From contig DATIGE010000038.1 in NCBI GenBank assembly GCA_035454885.1, positions 55,239 to 119,238 on the forward strand: a stretch of DNA of 64,000 nt, given 5' to 3'. How positions within the stretch are numbered: position 1 is the first letter of the stretch; the number at the start of each line of letters is the position of its first letter. The translations under genes and the position numbers were made by a program. The notes below the pieces were generated by a model that saw only the letters and a program-made list of their open reading frames with translations, was not told where the DNA came from and searched no databases. Positions 49,296-58,072 of this stretch are shown here, one piece after another. This DNA is from a bacterium. GTDB taxonomy: Bacteria; UBA10199; JACPAL01; GCA-016699445.

Positions 49296-50879
49296 ATGAC
49301 GATTTCGGCGGTCTCTCCGGCCTTGGCGGCCAATCTCGCGGCGCAGTCTTCTTATTTTCAGCCCGGGCGGCGCGGAGCGGTCTTCGAGCGCTTTCTGGCC
49401 GTCGCCCCCCTCGTTTCCCCGCATGATCAGACGCTGCTTTCCTTGAGCGCGCCCAACCATGTCTATGCCCATCTCCTGCGGATCGGCGATCGCGTCTTTC
49501 CCGCCGCCCGCATCCAAGACGAGAACGTTTTGGCGGAATACGGCCGCCTGCTCGGTTACCGGGGGTTGGATTACAAGGGAGGCATCCGTTTCCATCCCGA
49601 CGTGACCTTGGGCAAGAACAAGGAGCTCGCCTTTGAGATGACCTTGAAGAACGCGGTCGTCGCTCCGTCCTTCGATCCGGCGGACGCGATGGAGGCGGGC
49701 GCCCGTCTCTTCATGGGGGGCGGCAAGGGGACGGTGCGCGTCGATCCGTCGACGCTGACGGACCAGGAGCTGGTGCAATTGGCGGCCGAATACGGACGCA
49801 CGTTCGCGTCCCACCTGGCCGGACCGGACTGGCATCCCATCGACGTGCCGGCCCCGGACGTGAACACCATCGGGCGGTACATGCAGATCATGACGGACGA
49901 GTACAGCCGTCAGGCGGGGCGCCGGGTCTGGTCGGTCTTCACGGGGAAACGGATCGAGGACGGGGGCATCTACGTCCGCGACGAGGCGACCGCCCGCGGC
50001 GGCTTCATCGTCCTGGAATGGCTCCTCCGGGAGACGCTCAAGATCGACGGCAATCCGTTCGAGGGCCGCACGTTCGCGATCGACGGCTTCGGCAACGCCG
50101 GCAGCTTCATGGCCCAGATCGTCACGTCCCGGGGCGGGCGAGTTCTTGCCTTCAGCGATTCGCGGGGCGGGCTGCGCTCCAAGAATCCGGAAGGGTTCAC
50201 CGCCGACGAGATCGGCAATTTCCTCGCCCTCAAGGAGGAGGAGCGCAAGCAGCGGACGCGCCTCTTCGACCGGAACCTGGACCCCAAGGACTTGCTCGCG
50301 ATGGACGCGGACGTCTTGGTCCTGGCCGCGCCCGATTTGACGCTCACGGGGTCGAATGCGGACCGGGTGCGCGCCAAGTACATCGTCGAGTTGGGCAATG
50401 GGGTGACCAATACCGAAGCGGACAAGATCCTGCAGGAGAAGGGCGTGATCCTCCTTCCGGACATCCTGGCCAACGCCGGCGGCGTCATGGTCTCGGGCTA
50501 CGAGTATCTGCAAGGCCGGGAATGGGAGCGTCTGGCGCCGAACGCTCCGCGCCACTGGTGGACCCGCGACTACGTGATGGGCCTCTTGAGCCAGCAGATG
50601 ACCGCCGCGGCCGCGGCCGTCTACGGCCTGGCCGTTCAGCACAGCATCGCGCTCCGCACCGCGGCCGACGCCAAGGCCTTGAAGACGCTCGACCGCGCCT
50701 ATCGGGTCGTGCGCCTGGGCGAAAAGGACCCCGGCGGCGGCAGACATTCGGGACGGCAGCCAAGGGACGGCGCTCCCGAGGATGTCAAGCGGGCCCTCGA
50801 TGACATCGATTCACCCGCCGGTGGCGGTAACGGGCAAGGTCAGGAGACGCCGCTCGATGCTTCGGAAACCGGGTCTTGA
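49296..50879 (+). CDS. Glu/Leu/Phe/Val dehydrogenase family protein (glutamate dehydrogenase-like) with N- and C-terminal extensions
   Basis: 527 aa. ...KGGIRFHPDVTL... AIDGFGNAGSF (GxGxxG NAD(P) site) ... ILLPDILANAGGV. Confidence 0.75.
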   Translation: MTISAVSPALAANLAAQSSYFQPGRRGAVFERFLAVAPLVSPHDQTLLSLSAPNHVYAHLLRIGDRVFPAARIQDENVLAEYGRLLGYRGLDYKGGIRFHPDVTLGKNKELAFEMTLKNAVVAPSFDPADAMEAGARLFMGGGKGTVRVDPSTLTDQELVQLAAEYGRTFASHLAGPDWHPIDVPAPDVNTIGRYMQIMTDEYSRQAGRRVWSVFTGKRIEDGGIYVRDEATARGGFIVLEWLLRETLKIDGNPFEGRTFAIDGFGNAGSFMAQIVTSRGGRVLAFSDSRGGLRSKNPEGFTADEIGNFLALKEEERKQRTRLFDRNLDPKDLLAMDADVLVLAAPDLTLTGSNADRVRAKYIVELGNGVTNTEADKILQEKGVILLPDILANAGGVMVSGYEYLQGREWERLAPNAPRHWWTRDYVMGLLSQQMTAAAAAVYGLAVQHSIALRTAADAKALKTLDRAYRVVRLGEKDPGGGRHSGRQPRDGAPEDVKRALDDIDSPAGGGNGQGQETPLDASETGS

Positions 50880-50894
50880 CCGTAGAACCCCCAA

Positions 50895-52274
50895 TTAGAC
50901 CGTCCTAGAAAAGACCGGGTTCTTGGCCGTTGACTTTATTTCCTCCAAGTGCCGGTCGAAGGCCATCGCGACGTTTCTAAGGAAAAGATGGCCCTCATGG
51001 ACGACGCGAAGGGCCTGTGAATCGAGGGTGACCAGGCCGTCGGCGATCATCGGGCCGAGGTGCGGCAGGTCGTCCTTGAAATAATCCGCAAAGACGATCC
51101 CCCAGTCCTTTTCAAAGGCAGGAATCTCCGCGACGCCCCGGCACATGATCTGGCGGATGAGTTCCCGGCGGACGTGGTCGTCGCGGTTCAGGAGATAGCC
51201 CCGTTGGGTCGCCAGGCCGCCCGCGCGGATGGCGGCCTCGTAAGCCTCCATGTCCTTGTGATTTTGAAAATAATTTCCGTCGGCATAGGAGATGGAGCTG
51301 AGGCCGAATCCGATCTGGTGCGCGTCGGCCTTGGTCGAATAGCCCATGAAATTGCGGTGAATCGTTCCGTTCTTGTGCGCCTTGGCGAGGTCGTCGTCGG
51401 CGAGCGCGAAGTGATCCATGCCGATGGGCTGGTAACCGCCGGCGGTGAGCGTCCGGTAGGCGGTCTCGAACAGCCGCAGCTTGAGCTCCGGAGACGGCAG
51501 GTCCTTGTCTTCGAAGGATCTCTGGTAGGGCTTGAGCCAGGGCACGTGGGCATAGCTGTAGACGGCGAGGCGATTGGGCCTGAGGCCGATGACCTGGTTC
51601 AGCGTCTTCGTCCATTCCGCGATCGTTTGTCCCGGAAGCCCGTAGATGAGATCGAAGTTGAAGGCCGTGAAGCCGAGCCTTCGGAGCAAGGCCACCATGT
51701 CCGCCGTCATTTCGTAGGTCTGATGACGGTTGATGAGCTTTTGGACCACCGGGTCGAAGTCCTGAACGCCCAGCGAGATCCGGTTGAAGCCGAGACGGGC
51801 CGTCATTTCGCAGAATTCGGGCGTGCTGGTGCGGGGGTGCATTTCGATCGCGATCTCGGCGTCCGCCTCGAACCGGAAACGCGCGCGCGTTCGATCGACG
51901 ACGTCCTTCAGTTCGTCCGGCTGCAGGTAATTGGGGCTGCCGCCCCCGAAGTGCATTTGGGAGACCTGGCCGCCGGCGCCGGGAATCAAGGAGGCGATCC
52001 GGTCGAGCTCGGTCAACAGGACGTCGACGTACCGGCGGGAGCGCGCATGGTCCTTCGTGATGATCTTCATGCATCCGCAGAAGTGGCAGAGGGTCTCGCA
52101 GAACGGGACGTGGAAATAGAGGGACAAGGGTTCGCCGGACTTGAGGCTCGAAAGACTTTTCCGGAAGTCGCCCTCTCCGACGGAGTTGGTCCACGCGGGC
52201 GCGGTCGGGTAACTTGTGTACCGCGGCCCCGCGACGTCGTATTTTTTCAGGAGCATTGCGAGACGGTCAGCCAT
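50895..52274 (-). CDS. hemN: Oxygen-independent coproporphyrinogen III oxidase (radical SAM)
   Basis: Start MADRLAMLLKKYDVAGPRYTSYPTA. CETLCHFCGC radical-SAM cluster motif. HemN_C region. Confidence 0.85.
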   Translation of the reverse strand: MADRLAMLLKKYDVAGPRYTSYPTAPAWTNSVGEGDFRKSLSSLKSGEPLSLYFHVPFCETLCHFCGCMKIITKDHARSRRYVDVLLTELDRIASLIPGAGGQVSQMHFGGGSPNYLQPDELKDVVDRTRARFRFEADAEIAIEMHPRTSTPEFCEMTARLGFNRISLGVQDFDPVVQKLINRHQTYEMTADMVALLRRLGFTAFNFDLIYGLPGQTIAEWTKTLNQVIGLRPNRLAVYSYAHVPWLKPYQRSFEDKDLPSPELKLRLFETAYRTLTAGGYQPIGMDHFALADDDLAKAHKNGTIHRNFMGYSTKADAHQIGFGLSSISYADGNYFQNHKDMEAYEAAIRAGGLATQRGYLLNRDDHVRRELIRQIMCRGVAEIPAFEKDWGIVFADYFKDDLPHLGPMIADGLVTLDSQALRVVHEGHLFLRNVAMAFDRHLEEIKSTAKNPVFSRTV

Positions 52275-53295
52275 GATTCTTCGCCGCGTCCACGAACGCC
52301 TGCGCGTTCTCGACGGGGACGTCCTCCAAGATGCCGTGGCCAAGGTTCACGAGATAGCCGGGGGAGCCCCCGGCCGCGTCGATCATCTTCCTCGTTTCCT
52401 GCCGGATGACCTCCGGCGGCGCATAGAGCCTCGCCGGGTCGAAATTTCCTTGAATGGCGACCTCGCCCTTCGCCCGTTCCCGCGCCAGGGTCAGATCCAT
52501 CCGCCAGTCGATGCTGATGACGTCCGGTCCCGCGGCTTTCATTTCGTCAAAGAGGTGAGAGCCGCCCTTGATGTAGAGGATCGCCGGAACGCCGGCCGAC
52601 TTGACCTCCTTGAGGATCTCGCGCGCGTAGGGCAGGGCGAACTGGCGGTAGTCCTCGGCGGTGAGCGTTCCCGCCCAGGTGTCGAAGAGCTGGACCGCGT
52701 CGACGCCGGCGGCGACCTGGGCCTTGAGGTAATCCATCGTCGCCAGCGCGACCTTTTCCATGAGCGTCCGAAAGACGTCCCGGTGCTGGTAGGCGATCTT
52801 CTTGATGCGAGCGCCGTCGTAGGAGCCGTCGCCTCCCGCCATGTAGGCCCCGACGGTGAAGGGCGCCCCGGCAAAACCGAGGAGGGGGATGTCCGGGGAG
52901 AGTTCCTTGCGGATCCTCTTGATCGTCTCGAAGACGAACGGGCATCGCTCCGGCACGTCCTTCTCGCGGAGCCAATGCGCGTCCGCCTTGTTCTCGATCT
53001 TCCGGTCGAAGACCGGTCCCACGTCCCGGACGAAGTCGAGCTTGAGTCCCATCGCCTCGGGGACGATCAGGATGTCGCTGTAGAGGATGGCGGCATCGAC
53101 GCCCAAACGGCGGACGGGTTGCAGGGTGATCTCGCAGGCGGTCGCCGGGTCCTTCATCATCTCCAGGGTGGATTTCGACTTCCGGATCTCGCGGTACTCG
53201 GGCAGGTAACGCCCCGCCTGCCGCATCATCCAGACGGGAGGGCGGTCGACCTCTTCGCGCCGGCAGGCCTTGAGGAATCGGTCCTTGGGGGTCAT
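52267..53295 (-). CDS. hemE: Uroporphyrinogen decarboxylase
   Basis: Start MTPKDRFLKACRREEVDRPPVWMMRQAGRYLPEY, the canonical HemE N-terminus. Confidence 0.9.
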   Translation of the reverse strand: MTPKDRFLKACRREEVDRPPVWMMRQAGRYLPEYREIRKSKSTLEMMKDPATACEITLQPVRRLGVDAAILYSDILIVPEAMGLKLDFVRDVGPVFDRKIENKADAHWLREKDVPERCPFVFETIKRIRKELSPDIPLLGFAGAPFTVGAYMAGGDGSYDGARIKKIAYQHRDVFRTLMEKVALATMDYLKAQVAAGVDAVQLFDTWAGTLTAEDYRQFALPYAREILKEVKSAGVPAILYIKGGSHLFDEMKAAGPDVISIDWRMDLTLARERAKGEVAIQGNFDPARLYAPPEVIRQETRKMIDAAGGSPGYLVNLGHGILEDVPVENAQAFVDAAKNHG

Positions 53296-53344
53296 GACCC
53301 AAGATTGCCTTGAAGGGGAACGCCGTTGCAACTATAGAAACCGG

Positions 53345-53965
53345 ATGAATTTAGCCTGCCTCGACCTCGAAGGCGTCCTCGTTCCCGAGATCTGGATCAG
53401 CTTCGCCGAAAAGACCGGCATCCGGGAGCTGCGCCTCACCACCCGCGACGTGCCGGACTACGACGTCCTCATGAAGGGCCGGCTGAAGATCCTCGCGGAG
53501 CATAAGTTCAAGCTGGAGGACATCCAGGACGTGATCGGCAGCCTTCGCCCGCTCGATGGGGCCCACGAGTTTCTCGACTGGCTGCGGACGGAGTTCCAGG
53601 TCGTGATCCTCTCCGACACCTTCTACGAGTTCGCGATGCCGCTCATGAAACAGCTCGGGTACCCGACGCTCTTCTGCCATTCCCTCAAGGTCGCTCCGGG
53701 CGGGGCGATCGCCGATTACCAGCTCCGGATCAAGGACCAGAAAAAGCTCTCCGTGGAGGCGTTCCGCAGGCTCCAATTCAAGGTCGTGGCGGCCGGAGAC
53801 TCTTACAACGACACGGCGATGCTCGCCGCCGCCCACCAAGGCATCCTTTTTTGCCCGCCAGACAACGTGAAAAAGGAATTCCCCCAATTCCCCGTGGCGG
53901 AGAATCACAAGGAACTCCGAGCCCTTTTCGGAGAAGCCGGCAAGAAATTATCAATACGGGGCTAA
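53345..53965 (+). CDS. HAD-family phosphoserine phosphatase / homoserine phosphotransferase ThrH-like
   Basis: Start MNLACLDLEGVLVPEIW (DxD-like HAD motif I with E) ... SDTFYEF ... AAGDSYNDTAML (motif IV). Confidence 0.7.
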   Translation: MNLACLDLEGVLVPEIWISFAEKTGIRELRLTTRDVPDYDVLMKGRLKILAEHKFKLEDIQDVIGSLRPLDGAHEFLDWLRTEFQVVILSDTFYEFAMPLMKQLGYPTLFCHSLKVAPGGAIADYQLRIKDQKKLSVEAFRRLQFKVVAAGDSYNDTAMLAAAHQGILFCPPDNVKKEFPQFPVAENHKELRALFGEAGKKLSIRG

Positions 53966-54020
53966 TGTAGGCCCGGCAAGGGCTTGACAGCAATGACGCG
54001 CTGTGACAGTGCGTTGCGTC

Positions 54021-54641
54021 ATGAACCCATTGAACATTTTGGCACAGCAGCAGTTGACCTCGCACATCACGGCTTGGGCGCAGATCCCCGCCTCCCTGAC
54101 GGCGAACAGCCCGATTCCCTACTCGAATGGAGGCGGCCTGGGGCTATCGGACCGGCTGGATACCTTTGTGCGCGACGTTCGCGTCCAGGAACGCGCCCTT
54201 CTCGCGCCCCTGAACGTGGGTCAGGCCCTCTTGGACGAGTTCCTGGCCAAGAACGGGCAGTTTCGCGTGCTGTTCTGGCAGCTTTCCTTGCCTTGGGTCT
54301 CGGCCGATCGCCCGCGCGCCAGCCGCGTGATGAGCGACCTGGAGACTCTCAGCACGTCGCTTCGTGCCCTCGAAAATGCCATCGCCGGATGGAACGCCCC
54401 GGACCTGCGAAGGGACGAAGACGCGTTGGCGATCACCATCGGGAGGAACGTGAATCTTCTGCGCCGCGTGATCGCCCCGCGCGCGAGCCTGGCCGAAGAG
54501 ATACTGCCCTTGGTTTCCCAGGAACCCGCGGAGGCGGTGACGATCTTCTACGACGACGCCATCCGGTCCCTGCGCCAATTTGATTCGCTGACCGTGTCGA
54601 TGGAACTCTACCACAGCCGCCGCCCCTCGTGGCGCCCCTAA
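54021..54641 (+). CDS. Hypothetical protein
   Basis: ORF with balanced composition. No motifs recognised. TTGACA hexamer at ~53983 upstream. Confidence 0.4.
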   Translation: MNPLNILAQQQLTSHITAWAQIPASLTANSPIPYSNGGGLGLSDRLDTFVRDVRVQERALLAPLNVGQALLDEFLAKNGQFRVLFWQLSLPWVSADRPRASRVMSDLETLSTSLRALENAIAGWNAPDLRRDEDALAITIGRNVNLLRRVIAPRASLAEEILPLVSQEPAEAVTIFYDDAIRSLRQFDSLTVSMELYHSRRPSWRP

Positions 54642-54709
54642 TCCCTCTAGAAAAAAACCTTTCATTGGCCCATCGCCTCGGATATTAAGCGCGAATCCAA
54701 GGAGGGGGT

Positions 54710-55432
54710 ATGGCATCCATGCGACGTGTCTTGACGATCATCCTGGTTGGGGCTTTCGTCCTGCCGTTGGTTTCCTGCGACAAACTCACGCAGTTGACCG
54801 GCAAGAAGGTCGAGGAGGTCTCTCCGCAGGATCAAAAAATGAAGGAGCTGGAGGCCAAGGTTCAGCAGATGGAAGCCGAGGCCAAGGCGCGCAAGGAGGC
54901 CGAGGAGAAGGCCCAGGCGGAGGCGGAGATGAGGGCCAAGATCGAGGCCGAACTCAAGGCCAAGGCCGAGACCCAGCCCGCCGCGCCGACCACCCAGCCC
55001 GCGACGCCCCCGGCCGCAGTGACCCCCGCGCCCGCCCCGACCAAGGTGGTGGAACGGGTCATCGTCAAGGAAGTGCCGGCGAAGCCGGCGGCCGAAGCCG
55101 CCCCGTCGGCCACCGCCGCAACGCCGACCAAGGCGTCCGGTTACGTGCGTCTCTACGATGACGCCGGCTTCACCGACCGCATCCTGACCGTCCGCTTCGG
55201 CCGCGACATCGGCAACATGCACTATGTCTCCTCCGACGACGGCAAGTCGGGCTTCAACGACAAGGCGTCTTCGGTCAAGTGGAGCGTGCCCGCCGGCTGG
55301 CAGGCGGTCCTTTACGAAAACAACAATTACTCCAAGCGCGGCTACGTCCTGAAGGGCTCTGGCTCCGTTCCGGATCTCGGTTACTTCGGCGACAAGTGCT
55401 CCTCGCTCCGTTGGGAGCGGGCCGGAGAATAA
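54710..55432 (+). CDS. Lipoprotein with coiled-coil Ala/Glu/Lys region and C-terminal beta/gamma-crystallin (Protein S-like Greek-key) domain
   Basis: Lipobox LPLVSC. EAKxxEAE repeats. Pro/Thr/Ala linker. C-terminal GYVRLYDDAGFTDR...SSVKW...WQAVLYENNNYSKRGYVLKGSG...CSSLRW fits double Greek-key Y/FxxxxF/YxG..S pattern. Confidence 0.6.
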   Translation: MASMRRVLTIILVGAFVLPLVSCDKLTQLTGKKVEEVSPQDQKMKELEAKVQQMEAEAKARKEAEEKAQAEAEMRAKIEAELKAKAETQPAAPTTQPATPPAAVTPAPAPTKVVERVIVKEVPAKPAAEAAPSATAATPTKASGYVRLYDDAGFTDRILTVRFGRDIGNMHYVSSDDGKSGFNDKASSVKWSVPAGWQAVLYENNNYSKRGYVLKGSGSVPDLGYFGDKCSSLRWERAGE

Positions 55433-55439
55433 TCCTTCC

Positions 55440-56204
55440 ATGTTCAAACTGGGACTCGGGGCCAAGATCGGTCTGATCGCCGGCTTGATCGGCGGAGGGA
55501 TCGGCCTGCTCGCCGCGGTCATCGCGTCGCCGGTCTACGGCGGGCTGATGGCGGTCGTCTTCGTCGCGATCTTCGGTTCGGTCTTCATGGCCGTCCTCCG
55601 GCCGCTCTTCCGCGCGAACGCGATCCTCAAGACCGGCGAACCCGCGACGGCCTTGATCAAGGGCGTGCGCGACACGGGCGTCACCGTCAATAACGCGCCC
55701 CAGATCGAGCTCGCCCTGGAGGTCCGATCCAAATTCAAGCCGCCCTACGAGGCCAAGGTGAAAACCCTGGTCTCGCGCATCAACCCCAATCTCTTCCAAC
55801 CGGGAATGACCGTCGCGATCAAGGTGGATCCCAAGGATCCCCAGGCCGTGGCGATCGATCCCGAGGGCGGATTGGCGCCGGCCGGCGCGATCCTCATGAA
55901 CCAGGAGCAGGCCCTCAGAGAGGCGGCGGAGTTCGAGGCCGTGAACAAGAGGCTCGCAGCCGGCGGCCAGTCGGCCTTTGCCAAGATCCTCCAGGCGACG
56001 CCGCTGGGGTTTCAGGTCAACGGCGACAACCCGGCGATGGAGCTGCTGGTCGAGGTCGAACCGACGGGCAAACCAAAATTCCTCTCGCGCGCCAAGGGCG
56101 TGATCGCGGAGGCGTCGATTCCCAAGTACCAGCCGGGCAAATCGATCTACGTGAAGTACGACCCCGCCGACACGACGATCGTGGCGATCGAACGGTCCGC
56201 CTAG
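55440..56204 (+). CDS. Hypothetical membrane protein (N-terminal two TM helices; DUF3592-like)
   Basis: 254 aa. Gly-rich TM hairpin at N-terminus, then soluble domain. Confidence 0.5.
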   Translation: MFKLGLGAKIGLIAGLIGGGIGLLAAVIASPVYGGLMAVVFVAIFGSVFMAVLRPLFRANAILKTGEPATALIKGVRDTGVTVNNAPQIELALEVRSKFKPPYEAKVKTLVSRINPNLFQPGMTVAIKVDPKDPQAVAIDPEGGLAPAGAILMNQEQALREAAEFEAVNKRLAAGGQSAFAKILQATPLGFQVNGDNPAMELLVEVEPTGKPKFLSRAKGVIAEASIPKYQPGKSIYVKYDPADTTIVAIERSA

Positions 56205-56208
56205 GAGG

Positions 56209-56667
56209 GTGTCTATGTCCGAACACCGTATCAGCTTGTCCTGGAAGCGAAAGACCCCGGACTTCGTTTACGAGACCTACGACCGCACCCACACGGTGAT
56301 GTACAACGGCGGGCAGACGGTGGAGACCTCCGCGGCGCCGCAGTACCTGGGCAAGGAGGAGTACGCGAACCCGGAGGAGATGCTCGCCGCCTCGCTGGCC
56401 TCGTGCCACATGCTGACCTTTCTCGCGATCGCCGCCAAGAGCCGCTACGTCGTCGATTCTTACGAAGACGAGGCGACGGCGATTCTCGGCAAGGACGCCG
56501 GGGGGGCGATGGCGGTCACCAAGATCGTCTTGAAGCCCAAAGCGGTCTTTTCGGGCGAGAAGAAGCCGGACGCCGCGCAATTAAAAGGCCTCCACGACAA
56601 GGCCGGCAAGAACTGTTTCATCGAAAGCTCCATCAAGAGCGAGGTCGTCGTCGAGCCCCAGGCGTGA
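56209..56667 (+). CDS. OsmC/Ohr family peroxiredoxin-like protein
   Basis: 152 aa. ...EEMLAASLASCHMLTFLAIAA... and C-terminal Cys (GKNCFIES), typical of OsmC. Confidence 0.85.
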   Translation: MSMSEHRISLSWKRKTPDFVYETYDRTHTVMYNGGQTVETSAAPQYLGKEEYANPEEMLAASLASCHMLTFLAIAAKSRYVVDSYEDEATAILGKDAGGAMAVTKIVLKPKAVFSGEKKPDAAQLKGLHDKAGKNCFIESSIKSEVVVEPQA

Positions 56668-57995
56668 TTTCCGATTCCCCCGGACACCCGTCTTTCCTTC
56701 AGGCCTTTCGCTTCTGGTTCAAGCTGGGCTGGATCAGTTTCGGCGGTCCCACGGGCCAGATCGCCATCATGCACCAGGAGCTCGTCGAGAAGCGCCGCTG
56801 GATCTCCGAGGAGCGGTTCCTCCACGCCCTCAATTACTGCATGTTGCTTCCCGGTCCCGAGGCCCAGCAGCTCGCCATCTACATCGGCTGGCTCCTGCAC
56901 CGGGCCTGGGGAGGGATCGTCGCGGGGGCGTTCTTCGTCATCCCGTCGATCTTCATCCTGACGTCTTTGAGCTGGGTCTACATGGCCTACGGGAAGATCC
57001 CGGTCATCGCATCGCTCTTCTATGGCCTCAAAGCGGCGGTGCTGGCGATCGTCGCGGCGGCGGTGATCCGGATCGGTCAAAAGGTCCTCAAGAACGGGGC
57101 GATGATCACGCTCGCCGCCGCGGCGTTCGTCGGGATCTTTTTCCTCAAAATTCCGTTCCCGTTGATCATTCTCGGGGCGGGGCTCATCGGCCTGGCGGGC
57201 GGGAGAATGGCGCCGAAGCATTTTCTCGTCGTGAAAGGGCACGGGGCGTCGTCTTCGTCCGGTTCCGGCGCGGTCCTCGACACGCACCATGAAACCCCGG
57301 ATCACGCCCATCCGACCCTCGTTCATACCCTCAAGGTCCTGGGTCTCTGTCTGCCGCTTTGGTTTCTCCCGCTGATCGCCCTGTCTCTGCGGCGCGGCAG
57401 CGAGGACGTCTTCTTCCGCATGGGCATCTTTTTCTCCAAGGCCGCCATGGTGACCTTCGGCGGCGCGTATGCGGTCCTGCCCTACGTCGCCCAGGAGTGC
57501 GTGAAGACCTACGGGTGGTTGACCGGCGCCCAGATGATGGACGGACTGGGGTTGGCCGAAACGACGCCGGGTCCTCTCATCATGGTGGTGAACTTCGTGG
57601 GCTTCGTCGGGGCCTGGCAACACGCGGGCGGCCTGCCGCCCTGGCTCGCGGGAGTCTTCGGAGGTCTCGTCGCCACGTACTTCACGTTCCTTCCGTGCTT
57701 TCTCTGGATCTTCCTGGGGGCGCCCTACGTCGAAAAATTGCGGGGCAACGTCCAACTCACGTCCGCCCTTTCGGCGATCACCGCCGCGGTGGTCGGCGTC
57801 GTCCTGAACCTCGCCGTGTTCTTCGGCGGCCACGTCCTGAAACCCGAGGGGCGGGGTTTTGATTTCGCAGCCCTGATGTTGGCCGCGATCGCCTTTTTTG
57901 GCATGCGGAAATGGAATTGGGACATCGTCTGGGTGGCCCTGGGAGCCGCCTTCGCGGGGCTCCTTCTTCACATTGGACATCTCATTCCGATTTGA
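56664..57995 (+). CDS. chrA: Chromate ion transporter (CHR family)
   Basis: GTG start overlapping osmC stop (GTGA). Two homologous halves, each with FGGP/FGGA motif (ISFGGPTGQIAIMH ; MVTFGGAYAVLPY). Confidence 0.85.
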   Translation: MISDSPGHPSFLQAFRFWFKLGWISFGGPTGQIAIMHQELVEKRRWISEERFLHALNYCMLLPGPEAQQLAIYIGWLLHRAWGGIVAGAFFVIPSIFILTSLSWVYMAYGKIPVIASLFYGLKAAVLAIVAAAVIRIGQKVLKNGAMITLAAAAFVGIFFLKIPFPLIILGAGLIGLAGGRMAPKHFLVVKGHGASSSSGSGAVLDTHHETPDHAHPTLVHTLKVLGLCLPLWFLPLIALSLRRGSEDVFFRMGIFFSKAAMVTFGGAYAVLPYVAQECVKTYGWLTGAQMMDGLGLAETTPGPLIMVVNFVGFVGAWQHAGGLPPWLAGVFGGLVATYFTFLPCFLWIFLGAPYVEKLRGNVQLTSALSAITAAVVGVVLNLAVFFGGHVLKPEGRGFDFAALMLAAIAFFGMRKWNWDIVWVALGAAFAGLLLHIGHLIPI

Positions 57996-58011
57996 ATAGA
58001 GAGGGATCAGT

Positions 58012-58058
58012 TCCGCCACCGAGCCGCGTTTCGGCTCGGTGGTTCTTTTGTTTTTTGC
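58012..58058 (+). terminator. Rho-independent terminator after chrA
   Basis: ccaccgagccg-cgttt-cggctcggtgg 11-bp stem followed by TTCTTTTGTTTTTTG. Confidence 0.7.
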
Positions 58059-58072
58059 GGGCAAAACATCTT

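Noticed and set aside
53966-54020. sigma70 promoter from TTGACA hexamer at ~53983
   Set aside because: No acceptable -10 hexamer at 16-18 nt spacing. Left as a note in the hypothetical-gene evidence only.
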